62,467 nt of DNA from Chiloscyllium plagiosum (lineage: Eukaryota), in NCBI RefSeq assembly GCF_004010195.1, contig NC_057756.1, positions 8,450,456 through 8,512,922 of the forward strand, written 5' to 3'. The notes under the pieces were generated by a model, which was not told the DNA's origin, ran no database searches, and saw only the letters and a list, made by a program, of their open reading frames with translations. Below are positions 50,301 to 61,509 of this stretch, piece by piece; position 1 is the stretch's first letter; every line of letters begins with the position of its first letter. A program made the translations under genes and the position numbers.

Positions 50301-52335
50301 ATACAGATTTAACTAAGAAAATGTCGACTTGACTCAGAACTTCTAGATTTAGCTAAAGAAAATATAGATATAAATTTAAAAACTGTAGATTAAACTAAAG
50401 AAAATGCCGATTTAACTAAAGAACATATAAGTTTAACTAAGAACACAGATTTAACTGAGAAAATGTAGGTTTCACTAAGAAAACATTGGTTTAACTTAGA
50501 AATTGTCGATTTAATGGCAGAGAATATAGACTTAACTAAGAAAATGTAGATTTAACTTAGAAGATGTCAATTTAATGAAAAAATATAGATTGAACAAAGA
50601 ACATGTATATTTGACTAAGGAAATATAGATTTAACTTGGGAAATGAAGACTTGACTAAGGAACTGCAGATTTAAATAACAACAATATAGATTTAACTGAA
50701 GGAAATGTAGATTTAACAAAAACTATACAGATTTAACAAAGAAAATGTAGATTTGACTAAGAAATTCTTGATTTAACGAAAGAAAATACAGTTTTAACTA
50801 AAGAAATGTAGATTAAACTAAAGAGAATGCCAATTTAACTAAAAAAAATAGGTTTATCTAAGAACACAGATTTATCTAAGGAAATGTAGGTTTCACTGAG
50901 AAAACATAGGTTTAACTTAGAAATTGTAGATTTAATGGAAGAGAACATAGATTTAATTAAGAAAATATAGATTTAACGAAAAATATATAGATTTAATGAA
51001 AAAGGTTCAGGTGAAATGAAAGAAAAAGCAGATTTAACTAAGAAAACATAGATTTAAATAAGAAAATATAAATTTAACTAAAAACATGTAGATTAAACTG
51101 AAGAAAATGCTGATTTCATGAAAGAAAAGATGGATTTAACTAAGAAGACTTCAAATTAATGAAAAAATATAGATTTAATGAAGAAGCTGTAGATTTAACA
51201 AAAACAATACAGATTTAACTAATAAAATGTAGATTTAACTTAAAAATGATTTAACTAAGAAAATGCAGGTGAAACTAAAAGGAAAACAGATTTAACTAAA
51301 GAAAATATCAATTTAACTAAGAAAACAAGAATTAACTAGGTAAATATAAATATAACTAAGAAAATGTAGATTAAACTAAAGTAAATATTGATTTAAGGAA
51401 AGAAAATATGGATTTAATTTAGAAAATAGGGATTTAATTTAGAAAATATCAATTTAATGAAAAATATAGATTGAACTAAGAAAATGTACATATGACTCAG
51501 AAAATGTAGATTTAACTATAGGAAATGTAGATTTAACTAAGGAAATATAGATTTAACTATAGGAAATGTAGAGTAAGGAAATATAGATTTAAGTAAGAAA
51601 ATGTAGATTTAAGTAAGGAAATATAGATTTAAGTAAGAAAATGTAGATTTAACTAAGAAAATATAGATTTAACTATAGGAAATTTAGACTTAACAAAACC
51701 ATACAGATTTAACTAAGAAAATGTAGGTTTAACAAAAAATTAGATTTAACTAAGAAAATATAGATTTCACTGGGAAAATGTAGATTAAACTGAAGAAAAT
51801 GCAGATTTAACAGAAGAAAATACAGGTTTAATGAAGTAAACATAGTTTTGACTAAGACAATGAAGGTTTCACTGGGAACATATAGGTCGAATTTAAAAAT
51901 GTAGATTTAACTGAAGAAGATATAGGTATAATTAAGAAAATGCTGATGAAACTGAAGAAAATGTACATTTAAATAAGAAAATATGGATTTAACTCAGAAA
52001 ATACGGACTTAACTATTAACTTATGCAAGAAAATTGTTGGTTTAACTAAGAGAATGTAGATTTAACTAAGAGAATGTAGACTATACTAAAGGAAACATAG
52101 ATTTAACTAAAGATAATATAGGATTAATTAAGAAAATGCAGATTTAACTAAAGAAAATATAGGTGTAAGAAAATATATATCTAACTAAGAAGATGTAGGT
52201 TTCACTGAAGAAAATATAGGTTTAACTAAGAAGATGTAGATTAAACTGAAGAAAATTTAGATGCAACAAAATGTGGAGTTATCTAAGAAAAATGGATTAA
52301 ATGAAGAAAATGTAGATTTCACTATGAAAATATAG
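47330..52335. repeat. AT-rich degenerate satellite, 20-21-bp unit (TAGATTTAACTAAGAAAATA/G), interrupted by HE1 (47754-47942), a gap and CR1 (48563-49190, minus)
   Basis: Continuous units at 47330-47730 and 49190-52335. Confidence 0.95.
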
Positions 52336-52914
52336 CCGCGCCAACCCTCACGTTCTGCTCCTCTCTCTCTGACAGGATTTCCATTCTAATCTTTCAGCAC
52401 CTTTACCAACCTTTCCAAGCTCAAAGCTGAAGTGTCATCAGATGCGAAACTCTGCTCTCTCTCTATCTCTCTCCCCACAGAGGCTGCCAGACTCTGCTGG
52501 GTGCTCCCCACAGGTTTTGTTCCTGATTTCCACTGTCTGCAGTCCTTTGGTTTTAATATAGATCTTCCAAACATTATTCTGCAACTCTTTGAAGGGAGGC
52601 GCAATCTTTATTTATCAACTCTTGAGGGACTCTACTAAATCACAACCATTTTAAAATTTCTTCACAAAATTATATCAACTTACCATCCTGATAAGCAAGC
52701 CATTTATTAGAAAATCACACCATTATTGAAGCATTGAAAATACACTGACGTAGCTATGGACCAGACCAGGCCCTCTAAAAATATTTATTAAAAGTAGCCT
52801 AGACCCTAACTTTTTCTTGTTTTTAATGGCAAATTTGAAGTGTATGTTCCAGTTGGAATGCAACTAGTCAAACTATTAATCGTTAAACCAGACACAATTT
52901 ATTTAAACACAAGA

Positions 52915-53422
52915 AAGGCTGGATAGGGTGAGACTTTTTTCACTAGAGTGTAGGAGGTTGGGAGGTGACCTGATAGAAGTTTACGAATTAATGAGGGGTA
53001 TGGATTGAGTTGATAGTAGTTGTCTTTCCCCCAGATTGTGGGATTTCAAGACCCGGGGGCACATTTTTAAGGTGAGAGAAGAGAAATGTTAAAAAGACAT
53101 AGAGGCAATCTTTTCTTACACGTGTGGAATGAACCGCCTGAGGAGGTGGTGGGTAAGGGTACAGTTATAACATTTAAAAGACATTTATTTGGATACATGA
53201 ATAGGAAAGGTTTGGAGGGATATGGGCCAGGAGTAGGAACGTGGGATTGGCATGGCCAACCCACCCTAACCAGCACATCTTCTGACCATGGGAGGAAACC
53301 GGAGCACCCGGAGGAAACCCACGCAGACACGGGGAGAAGAATGTGCAAACTCCACACATACAGTCGCCCGAGGGTGGGATTGAACCCAGGTCCCATGCTA
53401 ACCACTGAGCCACAATGCCACC
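52915..53422. mobile_element. CR1 3' fragment (+, to about 53250) abutting an HE1 SINE (-, 53250-53422)
   Basis: VWNEPPEEVV..ITFKRHL..YMNRKGLEGYGP, then ggaggaaaccggagcacccggaggaaacccacgcagacac. Confidence 0.85.
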
Positions 53423-54314
53423 CTCTATACGATTTCACAGCCAGTGTAAAAGCATTAAGACCTGAAGGAAAGAAATGGGGAATTGTAAATATTCCTGTTT
53501 TGGGAGGTAACATTTAAAGATTGACACCAAGATATGGGAGTGACAAGCAAGTGTCGGGCAAGAAAGTGTATTGGCCCTGTGACATCATTGCCAAACCATG
53601 GATCCAGATACCGATGTTGTGTTCTGGGGAGTTGAGAGTGTGTTGCTGGGAAAACGCAGCAGGCCAGGCAGCATCAGGATACTGTCTGACCTGCTGCGCT
53701 TCTCCAGCACCACACTCTCGATTCTGATCTCCAGCATCTGCAGTCCTCACTTTCTCCTAGTGTTCTGGGGGGACCTGGTTCAAGTCCAGCCAGGGCAGAT
53801 GGCGGAATTTCGATTCAACGAAAATCTGGAATTAATGAGGCTTATAACCTGATTGTTGGGTCAAAACCCATCTGGTTCACTAATGTCCTTCAGGAAGGAA
53901 ACTGCCATGCTTCCTACATGTGACTCCAGACTCACAGCAATGTGGTTAACTCTGGGCAACAAATACTGGCTTTGTCATCAGATTGTCCGATTGAATTTCA
54001 ATTTGAAATTATCTAAATGTTGGGAAAGGTAGACATAAAGATATCTGAGTTCATTGGGTTCCCAAGTGGGACATATCCCAATACTCGACTTAAAGCACAG
54101 AAATATAGTGCAGTATTAAATAGTCAGAGATTTTAATATTGCCTTGTCTTTGAGGACGATGTTTCTTTCAGGACTCTCATGAAATTGAAATGAAAGATTC
54201 GGGCCAAATGGAGAGTGAAACACTGTTCAGATCCTGGCTGACTTCAGTTTGTTCTTGTTCAGGCTGTATGCTTCCGAACATCGCGACTGAAAAACAATGG
54301 CATTAAATGCAGGA

Positions 54315-54321
54315 TCAATAT
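54315..54321 (-). CDS. Probable terminal coding exon (R)Y-stop of the ITAM receptor
   Basis: tgattattttgcag|A TAT TGA; phase-2 entry matches the preceding AG|gt. Possible ATTAAA poly(A) signal near 54132-54137. Confidence 0.6.
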
Positions 54322-54434
54322 CTGCAAAATAATCAAACACCATGTGATAATCTGTCCAAATATGTGACGTGGGAATGAACAATTTCAAACAGCCTTCACA
54401 CAGAATTTATGGACAATTGGTCAGCTGCACTGAT

Positions 54435-54466
54435 AAATAGATAGATAGACAGACAGATAGACAGAC

Positions 54467-54497
<31 letters not shown>

Positions 54498-54500
54498 TAG
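54435..54500. repeat. (GATA)n/(GACA)n microsatellite in the last intron of the ITAM gene
   Basis: Directly visible. Confidence 0.95.
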
Positions 54501-54624
54501 AATGAAAGACTGTTGGCTATTAAACAGACATATGATGCATAAATTCAGAGATGCATGATAATGAGGTGGATGTTACCCAGATCAATTGATCACCTGACAA
54601 TTCAGGAAGCAGCGTGAATCTTAC

Positions 54625-54668
54625 CTTTGTATTTCATTGTACACTGACTGTTCCCCCAACTTCAAACT
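54625..54668 (-). CDS. Cytoplasmic exon (44 nt) SLKLGEQSVYNEIQ(R), completes the ITAM
   Basis: cacttcccacag|AGTTTG...ATACAAAG|gtaaga. Spliced to the previous exon it gives YTSL-x7-YNEI. Confidence 0.88.
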
Positions 54669-54766
54669 CTGTGGGAAGTGATCACAACAAGTCAGATTTA
54701 CTGCTTCCTGTGTAATGCTCAGTACAATTGATGTCGAACATGCATTAGCAGGTGGGTTCCACTCAC

Positions 54767-54796
54767 CGTGTAAGTAGCGTTGATCTCTGCGGAATC
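54767..54796 (-). CDS. Cytoplasmic exon (30 nt) DSAEINATYT, first ITAM tyrosine
   Basis: gttttctttacgtcccaag|GATTCC...TACACG|gtgagt, phase 0->0. An alternative internal CAG acceptor 10 nt in leaves the ITAM frame unchanged. Confidence 0.85.
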
Positions 54797-55464
54797 CTTG
54801 GGACGTAAAGAAAACAGTTTTCAGGTGTGGAATATTCTGGAATAGACCTCAACAGGAAGGGAAACAGAGGGGGCCAATGCAGATGTGGGAGTAACTGGAT
54901 TTAATGTGGATGATGAACAGGCTAAATAATATTTCAAATCTTTGCTGGGAATTAATTAATATCTGACAGTGGTGGCTGGAACCTTAAATCATACAGATTT
55001 CTCCACCTGAACATGTTCTTTGAAAGATCTCACTAAATATTTGCTGCCTCCCTCTCGGTTTTGCCCTAGAGTGCTCCCATTTATTCCCGTCGCAAGTTAT
55101 TTTCTCATCCCTCCCCCAGCTGTTTTGTATTCCTGTTGAATGAGTTGGCAGGCAGATCACAACAGCTCAGTGTATCAAAAAATAACTCCACCATTTTGTT
55201 ATTCCTTTAGCCAACTGACTTCAAACTGTGTCGCCCAGCCAATGAGAAAGGTTGCAATTTGGTTTTTTTGCTCTTGATTAGATTAGATTACTTACAGTGT
55301 GGAAACAGGCCCTTCGGCCCAAATCGCTTCAAAAGACCTACACAGAAACAGAATCTGAATGTATCCCTCAATGTTACTATCTTAACAATAATGTCTTAAT
55401 GAGGAAATAGAGACAATCACATACTCAGACAAATCAGAAATGGGCAAAAGTTCATTAAGTCATA

Positions 55465-55780
55465 TTAGATTAGATTAGATTACTTACAGTGTGGAAACAG
55501 GCCCTTCGGCCCAACAAGTCCACACCGCCCCGCCGAAGCGCAACCCACCCATACCCCTACATTTACCCCTTAACACTACGGGCAATTTAGCGTGGCCAAT
55601 TCATCTGACCCTGCACATCTTTGTGACTGTGGGAGTAAGCCGGAGCACCCGGAGGAAACCCACGCAGACACGGGGAGAACGTGCAAACTCCACACAGTCA
55701 GTCGCCTGAGGCGGGAATTGAACCCGGGTCTCTGGCGCTGTGAGGCAGCAGTGCTAGCCACTGTGCCACCGTGCCGCCCA
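55465..55780 (-). mobile_element. Full-length, well-preserved HE1-type SINE
   Basis: Head gggcggcacggtggcacagtgg, B box ggttcaattcc, tail with (TCTAA)n; a lone tail copy at 55277-55321. Confidence 0.93.
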
Positions 55781-56459
55781 CAAAGACCTCAAAGACCTCA
55801 AAGCAATTGGTGTGTTTCTGGGTAAAATTCAAGGCATCCCGGTAAAAACGATTCTTCCTCAGAAATCACACGACACCAGGTTATAGTGCGGCAGGTTTAT
55901 TTGCAATCACAAAGCTTTTGGAGCGCTGTGACTTGTGACTTCAAGTTCATCGATTGGACTGTATCCTGGTGTTGTGTGACTTCTGACTTTGCCCACCCGC
56001 GTCCAACACCATCACCTCCACATCAGAGATTCGTTGTGGCATTTTATATCGTTGCCTCCAGTGATATCGTCACCAAGGTCAAACCTGTTCACATTTGTTA
56101 AGCCTTGTTCCTCTTCTCTGATAATTAAAATACATTGTCACATGAAGGTAAATGTTTTATTCCCTGCTCTACACACTCTTAGGGAGCTGAAGGGAAAAAT
56201 TCAAATCGCAATTCCTTTCAAGTGATTCCGATCACACAGCACAAATGATTAGCCAAAAAAGGGATCAGACTGTCATCAGTCACAGGGATAAAGGAAAGTT
56301 ACTGCGGATGCTGGAATCTGAAAACAAAAGAGAAAATGCTGGAAAATCTCAGCAGGTCTGGCAGCATCTGTAAGGAGAGAAAAGAGCTGACATTTCGAGT
56401 CTAACTGACCCTTTTGTCAGCTTTGACAGTCAGTTAGACTTGAAACGTCAGCTCTTTTC

Positions 56460-57270
56460 CACCACCCTTTGTGTGAAAATCCTAGCCAGCACGTCTTTTT
56501 TAAACTTCCCCTCCTCCCACCCTCCCCCACGTCAAACAGCTCTTGAACCTGTATCCCCGAGTAACTGACCCCTCCACCCTGGGGAAAAGCCTCATACTTT
56601 CCACTCTATCCATGCCATTCCCAAGCTTTTACATTTCTATCAGGTCAGCCCTCAACCTCCTGCGTTCCAGTGAGAACAAACCCAGTCTAACCAACCTTCC
56701 TTCAGAGCTAAAGGCCCCATACCAGGCAACATCCTGATCAACCTTTTCTGCACCCCTCTCCAAAGCATCCACGTCCTTCTGGTTAGTGTGGTGACCAGAA
56801 CTGGATGCAATATTCCAAGTGTGGCCTCACTGAAGCTCTATAAAGCTGCAGCATAACGTGTTTATCCTTATACTCAATGCCCCGTCCCAATGAAGGTAAG
56901 CAGGCCATTGGTCTATTTACTAGGTAAAAACAATGACTGCAGACGCTGGAAACCAGATTCTGGATCAGTGGTGCTGGAAGAGCACAGCAATTCAGGCAGC
57001 ATCCGAGGACAGGCAAAATCATTTTGCCTGTCCTCGGATGCTGCCTGAATTGCTGTGCTCTTCCAGCACCACTGATCCAGAAATTGGTCTATTTACTGCC
57101 TTGTCTACCTGCACTGCCACCTTCAGTGATCTGGGGGCCTGCACACCCAGATCCCTCTACATCTCAATGCTCCTAAGGGTTCTGCCATTCACTGTATAAT
57201 TTCCACGACTACTTAACCTTCCTCACATTTATCTGGAATAAACTCTGTCTGCCATTCCATTCCACTCTGA
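56460..57270 (-). mobile_element. CR1 3' part carrying a hairpin insertion (56922-57082)
   Basis: RGIEYKDKHVMLQLYRASVRPHLEYCIQFWSPH; 15-bp target duplication around the insert. Confidence 0.88.
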
Positions 57271-57302
57271 TGTATCCAGAAGAGTTGAAAGGATTGACTT
57301 AC

Positions 57303-57349
57303 CTGTTGAAATTTCTTCCTTTGATTGGGAATGTTGATATAGTGCTCCT
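57303..57349 (-). CDS. Cytoplasmic exon (47 nt) of the ITAM receptor, xEHYINIPNQRKKFQQ
   Basis: gtattctttcag|AGGAGCAC...TTTCAACAG|gtaagt. All three frames are open; the phase 1->0 reading gives YINI and joins in frame to the next exon. Confidence 0.75.
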
Positions 57350-57594
57350 CTGAAAGAATACGTTAGGATGAATAAGACAGCTTGAATCATTCTCATGAAA
57401 CGTAATCTGTCATTCATTCTACACTCATCAGGACAGATGCAAGAATGCCATATTGAACAGGGAGCAACAACTTATGCTGCAGTCAGATTATGTTCTTGAT
57501 GTCCTGAATTTGATTTGATCTGAATTATTATTGTGACATGTCTCGAAGTACAGTGAAAAGTTTTGTTTTGTTTGCAGTACACACAGAATAGGAT

Positions 57595-57906
57595 GTCTAC
57601 AGTGCGGAAACAGGCCCTATGGTCAAACAAGTCCACACTGACCCTCTGAAGAGTGATCCACCCAGACCCATTCCCCCTATCTTATTACTATACATTTCCC
57701 TGACCTAAAACGCCGAACACACACGTCCCTGAACACTACGGGCAATTTAACACGGCAAATCCATCTTTGGACTGTGGGAGGAAACCGGAGCACCTGCAAG
57801 ACACAGGGCAAGTGTGCAAACTCTGCACAGACAGTCACCCAAGGTTGGAATTGAACTAGGGTCCCTGGCTCTGTGAGGCAGCAATGCTAACCACTGAGCC
57901 ACCGTG
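57595..57906 (-). mobile_element. HE1-type SINE
   Basis: Minus-strand cacggtggctcagtggttagcattgctgcctcacag head, plus tail. Confidence 0.85.
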
Positions 57907-58499
57907 CAGCATTAGGGTAATGGAACAGAGTGAGGAATGCAATGTTACCGCTGCAGAGAAGGTACGCTAAGAGCGAGATCAACACTGTATTTCACGTATG
58001 AGAGGTCCATTCAGAAATCTTACAAGAGCTGGGAAGAAACTGTTCCTGAGTCTGTCCAGTCTAATCTCTAATAGATATTAACAGACCCTTGCTGGTACAT
58101 TATTAGCAATTGTATAATTTCAAATCTACTTTCTTCCTTTCTGCATACATTAAGCTTTGTTATTGTTATCTTCTGCGGAAGTGTCACTGGACCTGAAACT
58201 TTAACTCCAATTTCTCTTCACAGAAGCTGCCAAACCTGCTGAGCTTTTCCAGCAATTTCTGTTGTTCTTTCTAATTTACAGCATCTGCGTTTTTTTGTTT
58301 TTTTACTTGTTGAATATTTTAAATTCGGTCTGTGCTGTACATGTATCTCACGTATATTAATCAGCATTTTCTGGTATCATTGCACATCCACCTCCATTGT
58401 TTCTACTCGATAAAAACCAGTGATACACTAATGTGAACCAACTCACCATTTCTGGACATCAGCAAACACACAGGATAAAGAGGTGGACGACCAGCGGAA

Positions 58500-59008
58500 G
58501 GCAGTGCAGTGGCTCAGGGGTTAGCACTGATGCCTCACAGCACCAGAGACGCGGGTTCGATCCCGCCCTCGGGTGACTGTCTGTGTGGAGTTTGCACACC
58601 CTCCCCGTGTCTGTGTGGGTTTCCTCCGGGTGCTCCGGTTTTCTCCCACAGTCCAAAGATGTGCAGGTTAGTGGGGATTGACCATGGGAAATTGTTCCAT
58701 AGTGCCCAGGGATGTGCAGGTTAGGGGGGATTGGCCATGGGAAATTGAGGTTAGGGTGGGTTGGCCATGGGAAATTGTCCCATAGTGTCCAGGGATGTGC
58801 AGGTTAGAGTGGATTAGCCATGGGGAATTGTCCCATAGTGCCCAGGGATGTGCAGGTTAGGGTGGATTGGCCATGGGAAATTGTCCCATAGTGCCCAGGG
58901 ATGTGCAGGTTAGAGTGGATTAGCCATGGGTAATTGTCCCATAGTGCCCAGGGATGTGCAGGTTAGGGTGGATTGGCCATGGGAATTTGCCCCAGAGTGT
59001 CCAAAGAT
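58500..59008 (+). mobile_element. HE1-type SINE with a 53-bp tandem expansion running into the gap
   Basis: A/B boxes, then repeated aggttagggtggattggccatgggaaattgtcccatagtgcccagggatgtgc. Confidence 0.92.
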
Positions 59009-59674
59009 NNNNNNNNNNNNNNNNNNNNNNNNNNNNNNNNNNNNNNNNNNNNNNNNNNNNNNNNNNNNNNNNNNNNNNNNNNNNNNNNNNNNNNNNNNNN
59101 NNNNNNNNNNNNNNNNNNNNNNNNNNNNNNNNNNNNNNNNNNNNNNNNNNNNNNNNNNNNNNNNNNNNNNNNNNNNNNNNNNNNNNNNNNNNNNNNNNNN
59201 NNNNNNNNNNNNNNNNNNNNNNNNNNNNNNNNNNNNNNNNNNNNNNNNNNNNNNNNNNNNNNNNNNNNNNNNNNNNNNNNNNNNNNNNNNNNNNNNNNNN
59301 NNNNNNNNNNNNNNNNNNNNNNNNNNNNNNNNNNNNNNNNNNNNNNNNNNNNNNNNNNNNNNNNNNNNNNNNNNNNNNNNNNNNNNNNNNNNNNNNNNNN
59401 NNNNNNNNNNNNNNNNNNNNNNNNNNNNNNNNNNNNNNNNNNNNNNNNNNNNNNNNNNNNNNNNNNNNNNNNNNNNNNNNNNNNNNNNNNNNNNNNNNNN
59501 NNNNNNNNNNNNNNNNNNNNNNNNNNNNNNNNNNNNNNNNNNNNNNNNNNNNNNNNNNNNNNNNNNNNNNNNNNNNNNNNNNNNNNNNNNNNNNNNNNNN
59601 NNNNNNNNNNNNNNNNNNNNNNNNNNNNNNNNNNNNNNNNNNNNNNNNNNNNNNNNNNNNNNNNNNNNNNNNNN

Positions 59675-59757
59675 TAGAGCAATGGTCAATGCTACCAGAG
59701 CGATCACCAGCACTCCCACTATCACCCATGGAATGATGAGCTTGCTATCGGTATGAC
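59675..59757 (-). CDS. Transmembrane exon of an ITAM-bearing type I receptor (3' end lost in gap 59009-59674)
   Basis: Minus strand: pyrimidine tract cccttctctttgtgttttcacag, then phase-1 entry xGT CAT ACC... = (G)HTDSKLIIPWVIVGVLVIALVALTIAL; about 22 uncharged hydrophobic residues running into the Ns. Confidence 0.85.
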
Positions 59758-59842
59758 CTGTGAAAACACAAAGAGAAGGGAATGGGGAGTGAACAAGGCA
59801 ATTGGATACCAACCAGCAAGAATCTCCTTTATACGGTTCCTC

Positions 59843-60092
59843 CATGGCCAATCCACCCTAACCTGCACATCGCTGGGCACTGTGGGACAATTTCCCATGG
59901 CCAATCCACCCTAATCTGCACATCCCTGGACACTATGGGACAATTTCCCATGGCCAATCCACATAACCTGCACATCCCAGGGCACTATGGGACAATTTCC
60001 CATGGCCAATCCACCCTAACCTGCACACCTTTGTACAGTGGGAGGAAACCAGAGCACCCAGTGAAATTCTACACAGACAGGGGCAGAACATG
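59843..60092 (-). mobile_element. HE1-type SINE fragment with a 53-bp tandem expansion; followed by a Penelope-like fragment (60093-60480)
   Basis: ccatggccaatccaccctaacctgcacatc units; ctcagacgtttcgtcaccatgctaggtgacatcatcagtg. Confidence 0.85.
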
Positions 60093-61509
60093 TTTGGAGA
60101 AGATTTGTCGCTCAGATTGTGAATCAGGTTGTAAGGTTGTTCACTGAGCTGGTAGATTCTTCTCAGACGTTTCGTCACCATGCTAGGTGACATCATCAGT
60201 GCGCCTCCGGTGATGTTTTGACCCACTTGCTGTTTATGTGTCTTGGTCTGTTGTAGTCGGTCATATCACTTCCCGTTCCTTTTTCTGAGAGTTTGCTAAA
60301 CGGAGTCCAAATCAATGTGTGTGTTGATGGAGGTTTAAATGCCAGGCCTCTAGGAATTCCTGTCCATGTATCTGTTTAGCCTGTCCTAAACTGGTGTCCC
60401 CCTCTATCTGTGTGTAAGGAGACTTATGTGTATGGATACCAGTGATAGTTGGTCATGTCTTTTGGTTACATGTGTGCCAACTAGCCATCGAAAGTCATGA
60501 CCAACTACCGAGCTGCAGTGTATGTTAAGGCTCATCATTAATTGTGATGGGTATGTGTTATATTAAACAGACTGGCTCACACAGACAGCACTATTCTCTC
60601 TGTAGATGCAGCAGAGGTGAGTATAACCAGCTAAGATCTATAATGGGGGGCAAATACCCAGAACATGACCCTCACAAGCGAGGCTAACGCCAATACCCCT
60701 CCCCCCCCCACCCCCCGCCACAAAATACTCCCGGCAAAGGTAAAGAATTAATTAATTCAAGCAATCCTTAATTGTGTGAATTTCCCAAAGTGTAAAGGTA
60801 TTGGATGGTCTGAATATTCCGTTCGCAAGATGATCCGAAACTGGATATACATTGAATTATCAAAAATATGTGCAGGAGTAGCCATTCGGCCCCTCCTGGC
60901 CTGTTCTGCCATTCAATATGATCATGGCTGATCGTCCAACTCAATAGCCCCTACTTTCTCCAATATCCTTCCATCCCCTTAGCCCAAAGAACTATTACTA
61001 ACTCTTATTGAAAACATTTAGTGTTTTGACCTCAATTGCAGAGAATCATCCAGGCTGAGTGAGCACATTTCTCCTCATCTCAGTCCTGAAAGGCACAGCC
61101 CTTATCTAGGCGTTTGTCATAATGAGTCTGAATCAAAACGATCTACATTCAGGAATGGTGCATTGTAGCTGTAAACTTGTGGCACAGTGGTAGTGTCCCT
61201 AACTCTGGGCCAGAAAGCTCACCTTCCCTGGAGGAGGTGTAGTATCACTGATGCACCCTGGTAATGGGGACCTGTCGAAGCTTCAATGGGATGAACCTCC
61301 CCCCCCCACCCCCCACCCTCTTCATTCTTCTAAAGTCCAGTGAATATTGTCCAAACGGATTCAGTCTCTCTCCATACGTCTCTCAGCAGTCCTGCCATTC
61401 CAGGCATCAGTCTGGGAAACCTTTGTGACACTCCCTCCATCACCAGAATGTCCTTCCTCCGAATACGGAGACAATTACTCACTACTCCAAAACTGCTACC
61501 ATCTCAAAT

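Noticed and set aside
55740..55780. tRNA-like A/B boxes here and in similar copies
   Set aside because: They are SINE heads followed by SINE body and tail, not tRNA genes.
58342..58402. Minus-strand AG...gtgaga exon candidate in the ITAM gene
   Set aside because: Stop codons in all three frames.
54315..59757. Naming the ITAM gene as FCER1G, TYROBP, CD3, CD79 or CEACAM
   Set aside because: No charged residue in the visible TM, no recognisable sequence identity, ectodomain not seen; gene symbol left empty.
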